NCBI GenBank assembly: GCA_013239625.1
Contig: MU053873.1
Location: 2,556,524 to 2,620,523, forward strand
From: Lama guanicoe
Lineage: Eukaryota
Direction of reading: 5' to 3'
Length of the DNA stretch: 64,000 nt
Positions within the stretch are counted from its first letter, which is position 1, and every line of letters starts with the position of its first letter. Below, one piece after another: positions 35,187 through 47,744 of the stretch. The position numbers were made by a program, and so were the translations under genes. The notes beneath the pieces are model-generated. The model worked only from the letters and a program-made list of their open reading frames with translations, searched no databases and had not been told where the DNA came from.

Positions 35187-35727
35187 GGTGAGAAAAGAAC
35201 TTCAACTTGTCTGGATGTAATGGGATATTTTCACCATCTCCATTCTGTCTTTTTCCTTATGGTTGCTCTCCGGACAAGTAGCATAATTATTCTATTGGGG
35301 GTGCTTCCCCTAAGACATCTGGGATTACCTGCCCATCCCCTATTTTCCACATTCCCTCCCCATGTTTACCCATAAGAACCTCCCCTGTACCTGCCTCTCC
35401 TCCTGGGCAGGCTGTGTCCTCCTTGTCCGTCTGACTCACCCCTGTGCCCGTCTTCACATTGGCCACATGAGAGATTCTCAATAAAAAGTATTTAATGTGT
35501 GAACAGATGAATCTAAGGTGAGTTCTGATGATCAAGCACATGTAAAATTGGGTTAAAATAACAAAATAATTAAAAAGAGGCAAAGAAATGGATGTGGCAT
35601 ATCTCTGGAAGAAAGCCCATGAACATCCAGGAGAAAAGAAAATCTAGAAAATTCAGGAGAAAGCTCAAAGCTCAATGTAGCCAACAGCTGCAGCCAGTCA
35701 GCCTGAAAGAACATGCAAGAATGAACC

Positions 35728-35784
35728 GTGTGCATGTGCATGTGTGTGTCCGCGTGTACGCACGTGTGTGCGTGTACGTGTGTG
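35728..35784. repeat. Alternating purine-pyrimidine (TG/CG) tract
   Basis: gtgtgcatgtgcatgtgtgtgtccgcgtgtacgcacgtgtgtgcgtgtacgtgtgtg. Confidence 0.85.
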
Positions 35785-36395
35785 GGTTATGTTGATCCCT
35801 TTGTCTGAGATAAGAGCTCATGAGTCAGACTCTAACTTGGTCTGCTTTTCCAGCCCTTTCTTTCCTCCTCAGGTTGGAACACGCAGAGGGCTCTGGAGAG
35901 GAAGAAGGTAATTATGCCCAATGGGTAGAGAGCAACCTCAGCGTTTTTGGCAAAAAGGCTGTGGGCCCTCCAAGGGACATCCGTGGCCAGAAGCCTGGCT
36001 CCCGCCACAAGATGTATTTCCAGCCTCAGGGAGGAAGAGGAATGAGATGGTTGGGGCTTCTGCGGCAACAGCCTTTTTTTAAAAAATCATCTCGAAATTA
36101 AATTAAATGCTATTAAATTAGCAAAAGTGCCAGGGGATCCTGGGAAGAAAGGCACGCAGATAAATGGCCCAGGCTGGGCATCTGAAAATCACAGAGATGT
36201 CAGATGCTGGGGCTGGAGGGGGCTCCAGAAGTCCCCCTGGTTGTCTGGCTGCGAACCATGCTCTGAATTCAGACTGCCCGGGGAGTTTACACCAAAGCAC
36301 AGAGCAGGGCACTCGCCCTTGAAGAGAATCTGACTCTGCAGGTCTGCACGGAATAGGGCTTTGCCCCTCAGGAAAACTCCGAGAGGGTGATTCTG

Positions 36396-36426
36396 ACACA
36401 CGCGCACACACACACACACACACACA
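36396..36426. repeat. (CA)n microsatellite with CG interruption
   Basis: acacacgcgcacacacaca... Confidence 0.9.
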
Positions 36427-37017
36427 GTTTCAAAGCATGGCTGTGCCCCAACGCCTTTGTTTGCAGAGAAGAGAGAGAAAGACTTGCCAGGTTCCCCCAA
36501 CAAGTTACTGGTACAGGGCAGAGAGAGATCAGAGGTTTTTCAGCCTCCATTCCGGAGGAAGGAGATTTGGGAGGAACCCAAGGGAGGAGAGCAGGGTGTC
36601 TAGAGCAAGAGGGGCTTTCCCATTCTCTGACCCTCCCCAACACGTTCAGCAAGTGTGCACCGCACAGCCGCTCTGGTCCAGGGGCCACACCAGGCACCAG
36701 GGACCCAGCTATGGCAACATGTTCAACAAAATGATTTCAGCTGCTGATAAACGCTCTGACGGAAACGAAACAGGAGGATGAGGGAGTGACACGAGGGAGG
36801 CCACTTTAGCTAAGGCCGTCAAGACAGCTGCTTGTGAGCAATGGACAAGTAAATTCAAAGATGAGAAACAAGGTTCAGGGGTCAGCACTTGGGGGTGGGG
36901 GTGGGAACCTCAGAGTCGGGGTCCAGTGGAGACCTCCCCTGAAAAAGCAATCTTTGAGCTAAAAATAAAAGGATGAATCAGAGTCCACTGGGGAGAGAAG
37001 GGGCAGGGGAGAATTTC

Positions 37018-37470
37018 CATTCATTCATTCGACCTTTTAGCAAATCCCTGAAGACCTACTGTGCACCATGCGCTAGGCTAAGCGATAAAATTCAGCTGTG
37101 ATCATGACAGCACGTGCCAGCTTTCAAAGAGGTCGGCAGACACTGAACAAGGAATTACGATAAAGCTGGGCTTAGCAACCTCGCCACTGTGGACATCTGG
37201 GGCCGGGTCATTCTTTGCGATGGGGACCGTCCTATGCACGGCAGTAGCATCGCTGGCCTCCACCCACCAGATGCCAAGAGGACCTCCCAGTTGTGACAAC
37301 CAGAAACACCTCCAGACATTGCCACGTATTCACTGGGGGTAAATCACCCCCAACAGCACGTAGAACCCCTGTACTGAAATGTCATGAGAGAGAGGGAACA
37401 GTAACATAATACGTGATATTTTTAAGAGGAGGTGGGAAATTCAGAGAGTTTTGAGAGGACCCTACCTAAT
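37018..37470 (-). mobile_element. L2 fragment split by MER20
   Basis: cattcattcattc...gacctactgtgcaccatgcgctaggc. Confidence 0.6.
37166..37371. mobile_element. MER20 hAT-Charlie MITE
   Basis: caacctcgccactgtggacatctggggccgggtcattctttg...cccagttgtgacaaccagaaacacctccagacattgcca. Confidence 0.85.
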
Positions 37471-37749
37471 CCAGACCCTAAAATACTCCCAGCTCAGAGA
37501 GCACAGAGGTCTGGGGCACATTTCTGCAAACTCAAACCCCTCATTTTAGCAAAAAATCACCCGTGTCCCTTTAACACCCAAAGGGAGAAGCCAGACAGAA
37601 AAGACTAGGGGGACAAGGTGGGTGGAGGGAGCCAAGGGACACTTGCAAGGCGATTCTATTTTGAAAGGCGATGCTGTTTCCTCCCATCGGGGTTTAAAAC
37701 CACCTCTCCCAGCTGGGTCTCAGCAGATCTGCCCACGCAGCTCAGAAAG

Positions 37750-38000
37750 GGTTAACCCGCAATGTTTATTTATGAACTTGGCCTATTACTGTAGCATAAT
37801 TTGAATACAGTGCCTATGAGGTTTTTTATTGCCTGCTATAATTTCATTTTTAAAGCTCTCCCTATGCCATACTTTAAAAATGATATCTCAAACAAGAAAT
37901 AAATTCTGTTTTGCAGCTGTGTTAACTATATTTACCCATGGGACACACTATTTTGTCCTTGACACAAACCCGCCGGGATTTCACTGAGAATTGCTCTGGC
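37750..38000. promoter_or_regulatory. Candidate conserved enhancer
   Basis: AT-rich unique block with TGTTTATTTA (forkhead-like), TTTTATTG, CATAATTT. Confidence 0.5.
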
Positions 38001-38459
38001 AGCTCACTCGCGCGCTCTCTCTCTCTCTCTCCTCCCCCCCACCCCCCACTGCAGGAGAGCACTGATGCTCTTCCCAGAGACGCTCCACAGCGCCCCACCA
38101 CAGCCCAAGGAGACCTGAGTCAGGGACAAAGGACACGCTGGGAAGCTTCTGGTCCAAGAGTGGCCCCAGCCCCTCGGCAGCTGGCTGTGTGCACGTGGCC
38201 ACACCCCTGGGCCCTTCTGAGCAGGCGGACTATTGTCACTAGCCCATGCCTGCGCCCTCCTTACCCCTCCTTGGCAACAGCTGGAAGCCCGGGGACCCTC
38301 TCCCTCCTCCTCTCCCGCACTCCTGGAGTCTGGGATGGAGTTTAGATAATTTCTCCGTCTGCAGAATAATGGCTCAGGGAACCTAAGTCAGCCAGCTTCC
38401 ACAATGTGAAGCTTTTTTTTCCCCCTTTCCCCTTAAAAAATATTGCAGGGTCCAACTGA

Positions 38460-38640
38460 CAGTAACAATAGCTTACATTTCTTGAGTGCTTCCTCTTTGC
38501 AGGATGCTGTGCTAAGACCAGACAGCAGCATGTCCAAGGATGGCAACAGCCTTTGAAGGATGTGTGACTCTCCCCGTTTTGCAGATGAGGCAACAGAGGC
38601 TCAGGGAGTCGGAGGGAATGTTCACCCGGGTTAGCTCGGG
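38460..38640 (-). mobile_element. MIR SINE
   Basis: ccccgttttgcagatgaggcaacagaggctcaggga. Confidence 0.7.
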
Positions 38641-39309
38641 AGGGTTGGGGGGAGGTCAGGAGGAGAGGCTATATGAGGTACCATCCTCAGCCCTGCACCC
38701 CCAAGTGGCCCACGTTAGCTCGTCAAATGAGCTCCTGTCCCCAGCAAGACCAGAAGTAATGAGACCAGGAGGGCAAGCTTTGATGGAAGAGAAAATAGTG
38801 TGGGAGACTGGGCAGCCTGTTGGATGCAGATACCTGAGCGCAGAAAGGCATCAATTAATCAGGTGGAGAATAGGGTGGGTGGGGAAGAGGAGGGAGAGCC
38901 CAGAGATAGCCAAATTCTTGGCTGTGTGCCCTTGGGCAAGTGACCACACCTCTCTGAGCCTCAGTTCCAATTTCTTATATGACACACTGCAACCTACCCT
39001 TCTTAGCACTTCAACATTGCAGAGACACAAAAACTCCAGATTTTTTGGAGGCAGCCCAGAGTTCAAGTGCTGGTTCTGTGCTGTAAAACCACTCCTGGCT
39101 CTGTGATCCAAGCAAGAGACCTCTGCAAGTCAGTTTCCCCATCCTTAAAACGGGGACAGAATCACTGTAGTTCCTAGTGTCTATTAGTTATTACAATTTA
39201 TTGAACACTTATTATTTTGATGGACACACAGGCTGGCTGCAGAAAGACAGGGGAGGGGGAGAAAGAAAGTGAGAGAGAGAGAGAGAGCCAAGGAGAGGAA
39301 ATCTCAGGT

Positions 39310-39715
39310 ATAAAGACATGTTGGAGTTAAAGAGACCTGTGTTCTGATCTTCAGTTTGTTATTTACTTATTAGTTACGAGAGCTTGGACAAGTTCCTTAG
39401 CCTGAGCCCCACCTTCCTCGTCTGTAGACTGGAGATGTAAATGCCTTCATCCGACAGTTGCTTTGGATTAAAGATAACTCATGCAAAGCACTTGGCATAT
39501 AGTACAGGTGTGATCAATGGTACCTTCTATTTTGATGCAAGGTGGCTCGGCACACCTGGTGATTGAGAACATGGTCTTTGAAGCATTAAGATCTTAGTCC
39601 CACCAGTAGTGACTTCCAGAATCCAAATCTCACTTTCCTCATCAGGAAAATGGAAATGATAATCTCTCCTTCATAGGAATGTTAGGTGGGAGGATAGACA
39701 ATAATCTTGCATGCT
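39310..39715 (+). mobile_element. Two MIR fragments
   Basis: cttggacaagttccttagcctgagccc...catgcaaagcacttggcatatag; tctcactttcctcatcaggaaaatgg. Confidence 0.6.
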
Positions 39716-39759
39716 TCTGGCATGGCCAAGAGAGCAACAGGCACAGACCAGTGCTGGTC

Positions 39760-39990
39760 CCAGGAAGAGGAGAGAGCCATGTGGACAGAATCCAGCCTGG
39801 ACGAGCCATGCCGCCATCCCCAACGACTCAAGCAAGTACAGCCAAGATCAGCAGATGCACCCAGATGAGCCCAGTCTAAATGAACCAACCCTCAACCACC
39901 CCCACAAATTCGGGAGAATAAATTAGTGAAGCCACCAAGTTTGGGCTGGTTTGTTATGCAGCATCATTGAGTCCATAGCAAACTGATACA
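39760..39990 (+). mobile_element. MLT1/LTR16-type LTR 3' fragment
   Basis: cagccaagatcagcag...cccagatgagcccagtctaaa...gtttgttatgcagca...actgataca. Confidence 0.6.
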
Positions 39991-40039
39991 GGGGAATTCA
40001 ATCCCACAAAGTAACACCTACAGATTCATCGATACAGCT

Positions 40040-40280
40040 ACTTTTTATTAAGCACAACTCTGTCAGACCCTGTATTAAGCACCTTGCCTGTTTTACCTTA
40101 CTAGATCTTTACACCAACCACAAGAGGAAGGTATATTATTACCACCATTTGAAGACAAAGGAACTGAGGCTCATAGAGGTGTGGTCACTCACTCAAGGGC
40201 ACACAGCTAAGAAGAAGTCAAATTTGGATTAAAAACACAATCGCTCTGACTCCAGAGCCTGCACTTTGAACTACTAGGAC
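40040..40280 (-). mobile_element. MIR SINE
   Basis: ggaactgaggctcatagaggtg...ctctgactccagagcctgcact. Confidence 0.75.
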
Positions 40281-41264
40281 ACGGGGTCCTCCAGGCTGGC
40301 AGGGTCTGAGCCCAGTGCCCAGTACATAGTTAGTGAGACATAAATGGACATTCTCTGTGCCTCAGGAAGGTGCCAGGGGCAGATTAGTTAGGTCTGGCCA
40401 ACCAGGACTCTGAATGCAGGCAGATTCTTTCCTGTTCAGTGGCCCCAACCAGGGCCTCCCCGATAATTAGGGGAAATCAGTCAGTCACCGCACTCTGGAG
40501 CCCTGCCACGTCTCCCCACCAGGCCCAGACTGCCTTTGACTAAGGAGCTTTGTTTCTTTTAATTTGGGGACCTCATACAAGGCATGTGTCAGGCTCCGGG
40601 ACATCAAGCTCATCCCCAGGTGAGCGGCGGCCCCGCCGGCAGAGCCCCACCCCCTCGGGGCCTTGCAGGCTCTGCCAAGAAGCAGCAGAGGGGCTCTGAG
40701 TCGGAGGTGGGGGCGGGGGGCTGCAGGGCTCCTGTCAAGGCCCGAGACTCCCCCCCACCCCAGGGAACCCACCTCGTTTTTTTTGTCGATTGTGTGGCAT
40801 CAGGCTCTGGTGTCACTGTTTTGCGGGGCTGATGACACATAATGCGTGGTGACAATTTGTCACATCAGGAAATGCAGCCCCGCGTGCGCTCAGGTGGGAC
40901 CACAAGCCCCAGGGGTGCTGAGGAAACCAAAGACAGGGATCGCCAACAAAAGGGACTACAAGGATAAGACAACACCCAGCCCAGCCAACCCCTGCTCTCT
41001 TGAGAAATAAACAGCCAACCTTCCCACCAGGCCTCGCTGAGCTACTGTGAGTGGGAGGATGGAACAGTGGCTGAGAGTCTCCGACCCACACACATCCATG
41101 AAGAACCACGGCTCCTGCTGGTCATGTGGCCCTCCAGGTGCCACGCCCTGGGCCTCACGACTTACATCATTGATCCTGCCCAGTCTTAGCCACGTCTTTG
41201 CCCAGAAGAAGTTAACACCGGCCCCTTATACAGACGCGGAGACTGAGGCAACTGGAGGCAGGAA

Positions 41265-41520
41265 GATGTAGCAGTGACAGGCACAGGCTCTGGAATCCTA
41301 GGGAATGGGGTCCAAATCCTGGTTCTGACAAAGCTCTGGCTGTGTGACCTCAGGAAACTTACTTGATCTCTCTGAGCCACAACTTCCTCATCTGTAAAAT
41401 GGGTATAAAAATAATACCTCCCTCCTAGAGACCACATTAATGTGATCCTACATGTGGCATGTATCACACAGTACCTGGTGCACACTAGGCACCAGTGAGT
41501 CATTGTTGCAATTATTATAT
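41265..41520 (+). mobile_element. MIR SINE, near full length
   Basis: gcacaggctctggaatcc...ggctgtgtgacctcagg...cttcctcatctgtaaaatggg. Confidence 0.85.
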
Positions 41521-42289
41521 TGAAGACCACCCAGCTCAGGAGAGCTGGAGGTGGTCAGTTTCATTTGAAGCCCATGATGTTTCTTTGGCCTCTCCACTCC
41601 CACCCAGCACCCCACCTGCCACCCAAACAATCCCCAGTGGCGTTTCCCTTTCCCAATACGGCAGGCAACTCATCACCCAACTCGTCAGCCCTACGGGACA
41701 GTCGCAGCCTCCATGTTCACCGGCCAGGGTGCTATTGGCAAGGTTCCCGCACAGGCATCAGACAGGGGAGATTAAATCACTCCTACTTTGCAGCTGGGGG
41801 AATGGAGGCCCAAGAAAGTGAAGGCACTGTCCCACGGTCCGCAGCAAAGTAAGAGGTGGACCCAAGACAAGAGCCCCAGTCTCCTGACCTCGCAGCCACT
41901 GCCCTGCCATCTTTAGTAATAACTCCTTCAGCCCGGCTAGCCCCTTAGAGTTCACACAGCATCTGTACTTGGTACTCCATTTTCTGTGTGGAGACATGCC
42001 CTGCCCAAGATCTCAGAGGGTGTCAGAGGCGGAGCGGGGGCTGGCATCTGGACAGCATGCCCCAGCCGTCTCTCACCCTCCTGGAAGGAGGCAGCCCCCA
42101 CCAGGGGGAGGTCTGACAGGGCGCCTGGGCTGCCCACCCCACCCCCTGAAAATGACAATGCCTTGAAAACAAAAACACACTCAGCCCATGGCCTGGAGCT
42201 CTGGACCCACGGTGCCTGCACGGACCCATCGCGTCCGCACACCCGCAGAGGAAGGAAACCAAACCTCAAAACTGGCAGACCCACACGAG

Positions 42290-42535
42290 TGGCAGGTATT
42301 AATTGGTGCAATTAGGCAGCCCTTTCCCAAGGCCACAGAAGCTGCAGCATCAATAATTAGACTCAGATTGGAATTCCTTTGGCTCTGCGTGTAAACAGGA
42401 CACTCTTTCTGCAGTTGCGGTAAATGATTTGTTCAAGGGGGGAAACATTTACTGTAATTTGAAAGGAGCAATTGACTGTATTATTAGTGGATGTGAGTGC
42501 CCAGCTGGTGACAGACTTCACATTACTCTGTCTTC
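42290..42535. promoter_or_regulatory. Candidate conserved enhancer
   Basis: TTAATTGG, CAATTAG, ATCAATAATTAG, GTAAACA, TGACAG within about 250 bp of unique sequence. Confidence 0.55.
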
Positions 42536-42577
42536 TACCCAGGCCCGAGGACACAAACCTTTGAAGGCAGGGTCCTC

Positions 42578-42820
42578 CAGTGGTTGGGGTGACCCCACTT
42601 TAGAGTCAGAAAAACCCAGACCTGGGTTTGAGTCCTAACTCCCCTCAGTTTATGTGCTGTGTGACCTTAGGCAAGTAACACAACATCTCTGAGCCTCCCC
42701 TTCCTCATCTGTGAAGTAGGGACAATACCAGTACACATCTCATAGGGTTGTTGTGAAGATCTGATGAGCCAAGCACACAGAAAGTGCTCGATGAAATGAG
42801 CCTTTGTCACTATTGTCATT
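42578..42820 (+). mobile_element. MIR SINE, near full length
   Basis: gctgtgtgaccttaggcaagt...ctcatagggttgttgtgaagat. Confidence 0.85.
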
Positions 42821-44149
42821 AAGTAATAATTAATTACCATTGTCATCTTTGAAGCATTCCAGGGGTCCCAGAGGAGATACCAATCCACAAAGGGAATAAA
42901 GCAAAACAAAAACTAAAAACTATAATCCACCCAGCAGATCATGCCTGTAACATTTATTGAGCGCCAACTGAGTACACAGTTGAATCAGTCAAGGATTCTG
43001 CTCTCCACGCACTGTCTCCAGCAAAGACAGACACAAATGCAGATAATGGCCCAAACTTCACATCCAACAGCACTTTACGAAGCACACTCACCTCCAGTAG
43101 CCCCCAAAACTCACTCTATACATGGAAGTTGGTATCCTCATGTCCATTTCACTGATGAGAAGTCTGAAATTCCAAGTCGCTTGCCCAGAATTGCGTGGCT
43201 AGGGAGAGGCAGAAGTAGGATTTGAACTCGGGTCTGTCTGCCCCGACGCCTACTATAATTTCTTGGTAAATCCTTCCATGGAGGAAGTGGGTGGGGATGG
43301 GTTGAGATAACCCACCACCTGGAAAGGAGCCTGCCCTGGCTGACCCCACCCCAGAGGCCTCTCCAAATGCCGAGATGACCTTTTATCCCTCCTTCTTGCC
43401 CCGGCCGCCACGGTCGCTCTCCCAGGACTTCACACTTCATGGGCGCCCACTCTGTCCCCTTTTGCTTGGGGACCTCTCCCCTGCTGGAGCACCCACATCA
43501 GTCCCTGCGGGCAGCTCTCAGAGGCAGAGACTTGAGTCAGCGGTCGGACAGAGCTGGGTTTCTGTCCTTCATCCACCACGGAGCAGCTGGGTGGCCTTGC
43601 CCAAGTTATGGAGGCCTCAGTTGCCACATCTGTGAAACGGGGCTAATGACAGGACTGCTATGAATGAAGATGTGGGCTCCACGAGGGCAAGAGCATAGTC
43701 TCCTACCCTCACTGCATCTCTGGTGCAAAGGAGACCTGAGGGATGGAAGGAAAGAAAGGTGGGGGGGGAGGGAAGGAAACGGGGGAGAGGGGGAGGATGG
43801 AGACTACAAGGGTACTAGCCGGTCTGAGGGGTCGTGCTGTGGGATGAGGATGCTGTTAACCATCCCTCACCCCTCCTGCCCCTAGCTGGGCTCTGGAGAA
43901 AGAGAAGGCAGTGAACCCTGGGCCATGCACTCCCCCACTCTCCCCCTGATTCCCCACCACTGCCCAAGCACATAAACTCTGTTTCCCTGCAGGTCAGCAG
44001 GCTGGGGTAGGATTCAGAGCCGGGTCCCCTCAAGCCCAGAACCCAGCCTATTCCCAGGCCCAGGCCCAGGCTGCCTCCCAAGGAGATGGCACCGGGGCCA
44101 GAGGCCTCCTGAGTCCTGTGTTCTGGGAGAGCCTGCAGGCCAGGTGCCC

Positions 44150-44192
44150 AGGAGGAGGGAGGGGAGGGGAGGGGAGGGGGAGGAGGGAGGGG
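44150..44192 (+). repeat. (GGGGA)n polypurine tract, G-quadruplex-capable
   Basis: aggaggagggaggggaggggaggggagggggaggagggagggg. Confidence 0.85.
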
Positions 44193-44537
44193 CAGCCAGC
44201 GGCAGCAGGGAGGATATTTTAGTGCCCCATGAAAACCTGAATAAATAGTGTCTAACCTTTCCCGCTCCCACTTCCTTATCTCAATATTCCATTTAATAGC
44301 ACCTTTCAGGCCTCACTAAAAGAATACGAGGGTTGTTATATCAGCTCTAAGTCACTGTTACAGCGGGCCTGGCTGTCGGCTGTGGCAACGCCCAGGCCCC
44401 CGTTCCTCTTAGGATGTGTGGATCCTGTTCTTCTGGAGATGCCTGGAGCCCCTCGCCCAAGACCCGCCATGGCGTGGGGACAATGCCTGGGATGGGACTC
44501 TGCCAGCAGCCCTCTGGATTTGCTATGGACCAAAATC

Positions 44538-44690
44538 TGCATCAGGGTCCTAGGGCTGCCGTGACAAAGCACCAAAATCTGGGTAACTTAAACCAAAGAA
44601 ATGTATCACCCCACAAACTGAGGTGTGGGCAGGGTGGGTTCCGCCTGGAGGATGTGGGGGAGAAGGGCCTGTCCCAGGCCTCTCTCCTCA
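44538..44690 (-). mobile_element. MLT1 LTR 3' fragment
   Basis: cctagggctgccgtgacaaagcaccaaaatctgggtaacttaaaccaaagaaatgtatc. Confidence 0.65.
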
Positions 44691-45199
44691 GAACCAAGAT
44701 AAGAGGAATAAGACAGATGACATCTGGTCACTGCTCACAGGGCACACCCCCACATCGTACCTGTCCCTCCACGGCAGTTCTCCCCTGGACCCTCCATGCG
44801 ACGCCACAAAGCAGCTGCTGTCCTCTTCCATCTTTGTGAGCGAGGACAAAAGCTCTCAGAGGTGAGGAGACCCACCCGAGATCACACAGCTGGTGAGCGG
44901 CAGAGCCGGGGCTCAAAACCAGGCCCGGGCCTCACCCCCGCCACACCACCACTTGTGTTGGGATGCAATCAGAGAATCTGGGCGTGACTGCCTGCTCCAT
45001 CACCTTGTAGCTGGCTGTCCTGATGTGAGTCCCCTGTTCCATCAGAAGCTCAGTTTTCTCAACTGTAAAATGGGAACATGTAAAGCCTGGCCCACAAGAA
45101 GGCGGTGGGAACCAAATGAGCTTTGGTTCGGTGACAGTGCCTTAAAGTGCAAAAGCCTGCAAATGCTACTCATCAGCAGGGACACAGAAACAACAGAGA

Positions 45200-45795
45200 C
45201 AGAGAAATACGTGGACTGTGCGCCCACACGTGCCAGGGCATACAAAGATCTGTGTGTTCGTGTATCGGGGCGGGCGTGTTTGCGAACTGCAGTGTATGTA
45301 CTCCGGCACATGGGTGTGTGTTCTGTAGGTGTGCATTCCTAGATCCAGGAGGGCCTGCCTCTGGAGGCCTGCCCGAGTGTGTGTGTTTTCTGGGCACGCG
45401 TACTCACCAGCCTGGCTGTGCCTGCGAGAACAGACAGGAGACATGTCTATATCTGTGCCTCTGTAGATCTGTGCTCCTGGGCACCTGGGCACCTGTTGTG
45501 CACCTGTGTGTGCAGGGAGGTGAGCACGAGTCAAAAGGTGAGCACGTGTTTGTCTGCTGGAGAGCACGTGGTGTCTGCCTGCATCTTCACGCCCAGATGC
45601 AGATGCGTGGGGCCCATGCTGTGCGGATGTGGGTGCATCCCTGCCGTTCTATGTCTGGGTGCACGTCTGTGCGTCTAAGCCTGGCTGTGCGCACCTGTGC
45701 CCGTGACCGTGTTAACCCACGGCCTGAGATGAGCGTGTGGCTGCATCCGTGTGCCTCTGAAAGCCCTGTCTGGAGTCCGTGCGGTCACCGTGCAC
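45200..45795. repeat. Degenerate TG/GC-rich low-complexity region
   Basis: Recurrent tgtg, gtgc and cacg words; the overlapping ORFs are Cys/Val/His-rich artefacts. Confidence 0.65.
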
Positions 45796-46869
45796 AGGGT
45801 CCAGAGCTGGGGTAAATGAGGCCTTTTCCGCCCCTGGCTGCACCCAGGGCCTGCAGGTGGCTGCACTAATAAGGCTGCTTTCCCCGAGGCGGTGGCTGCC
45901 GGGAGTAGGTCGGGGAGCCGGAGCCTCGGGGCTGGGCTCCGCAGCCCCTCACCAAGGCTGCCTCGTCAGCAAGACCACAGCCCACCCTGACCCTGTGCCC
46001 TCCGGCAGCCCAGGGCCAGCCACAGCCCTGGAGTGACCCCAAGGGATACTTGCCCCTCTCCAGGCTCCATCTCCCCTTCTCTGCTGAGACAGTGGCCCAC
46101 AGTCCCACAGGACCCGGAAAGGGGCTGGGCCACTCCCCACACGAGACCCCTCTGATCTGATCGGGGCTCTGACCAGCCTTAAACATGGCCTGTCGAGGCC
46201 TCAGGCTCCCTATCTGTAAAATGGGGCAAGGCTCAGGCTTTTCGAGGTGGACCACCTCCCTCTAAGTCTCCTGATGAGACAGCTGGGGTGAGGACAGAGC
46301 AGGAAGGAGAGGGTCTCAGCTCTCAGGAAGTCCCCAGCGCTGAACAGGAAATGTTCCGTGAATGCTGATCACAGCCCAGAGCCAGGCTAACACTCAGGGT
46401 AATAATAATAATGGTAGTTATTGTTTACAGCTCTGCTAAGCGGTGATGGTTACTATTACAATTTGAGGTGTTATTATTGCTCTCTTTGCTACACTGCTCA
46501 GGATCCAGGCAGCCCCACCACCCATCTCCCCACTCTAGGGAGCTGCCTGCCAAGAGCTGACGTTCCCGACCTCCTCACCGGGGCTTAATTAGGTCTCTTA
46601 GAAGGCAGAGCTGGCTCAGGGCCTGCAGGGAGCTTGGGGCAGAGGAAGCTACAAGGAGGGGAGGAGGAGGCTACAGGCAGAGACGAGGCCAGGCTGGGCT
46701 GAGAGGGTCTCCCGTCACTCGGGATCGCCCCTACTCACCAGCAGGGAAGTCCGGAGCGAGCCTGACACGCACACCTGCCCACATACACATGCTGTCTTTC
46801 AAGCTCCTCGTCCATTTTGTAGCCCCAAGCAAAAGCTCCACCAGGCTTCCTCAAGGTGGAATAGTACTG

Positions 46870-47090
46870 GGATCAACTCCTCAGAGTCAGACACACTGGG
46901 GTTTGAATCCTGGCCCTGCTCCTTCCCAGCTGGGTGACCCTGAGCTACTGACTTTCCCTCTCTGAGACTCTGCTGCCTCATCTTGAAAATAGAGATGATA
47001 ATTGTGCCCACTCCACAAGGCGGCTGTGAGGATTAAATAGTAAAGTGCAAGCAAAGGGTTTAACCCCGTGCCTGGTCGAGAGGCAACTCC
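46870..47090 (+). mobile_element. MIR SINE
   Basis: gggtttgaatcctggccctgc...cagctgggtgaccctgagc...gtgaggattaaata. Confidence 0.75.
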
Positions 47091-47139
47091 TCTTTTTGCC
47101 TGTGACATTTTTATTGTCAGTATTACTCTATCAGTTATT

Positions 47140-47500
47140 ATTACTCCATCAGGATGGAGTAAGTTACGCTGCTGTAACAAGTAATCCCCAAATCTTTACA
47201 GATGGATTTCCAGCTTGCACTGTACGTCTCCTAGGTTGGCAGGGAGCCGGGAGGCGCTCATTACACTCAGTCAGGGACTCAGGCTGATGAGGTGTAGACC
47301 CCTCCTCAAATGTTACCAGTGCTGTGCTAGCGAGAAAAATAAATTCTGACAGTCTCCAGCCATTTAATGCCCTGGCCTAGAAAAAAAAATAATAAAACAC
47401 GCCCTCAACTCATGGGCCAGAACTCATCACATAGCCCCACCTACCCATAGGAGAGCCAGAGAGACAAAATCTGGTGAACAATATGTGTGATTATCATGGT
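47140..47500 (-). mobile_element. LTR33-family LTR fragment
   Basis: tcaggatggagtaagttacgctgctgtaacaagtaatccccaaatct...ggccagaactcatcacatagcccc. Confidence 0.55.
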
Positions 47501-47744
47501 AACAAAGGCCTATTTAGAATCCTGGAACCTCACACATGGAAAGAAACTTAGGATCGTCTAGTTTTTCAGATTGGGAGCTTAGGACCCAAAGAAGGGAAGA
47601 GACTTATCTAAGGTCACACAGCAAATTGACTTCAGAACTGGGACTCCAACTCAGGTCCCCTGGCTTCCTAGCCCAGATGTTCTTGTTCGTCCCACAAGGA
47701 TCCCCCTAACCCCATTGGTTCAAATGTACCAAGACAACTTTGGC

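Noticed and set aside
38540..39106. 188-aa ORF
   Set aside because: Runs through three MIR fragments (LQMRQQRLRE, AVCPWASDHTSLSLS are MIR translations)
45147..45815. Longest ORF in the track (222 aa, Cys/Val-rich)
   Set aside because: Product of TG-rich low-complexity DNA that starts in a MIR tail; no recognisable domain, and overlapping ORFs lie on both strands
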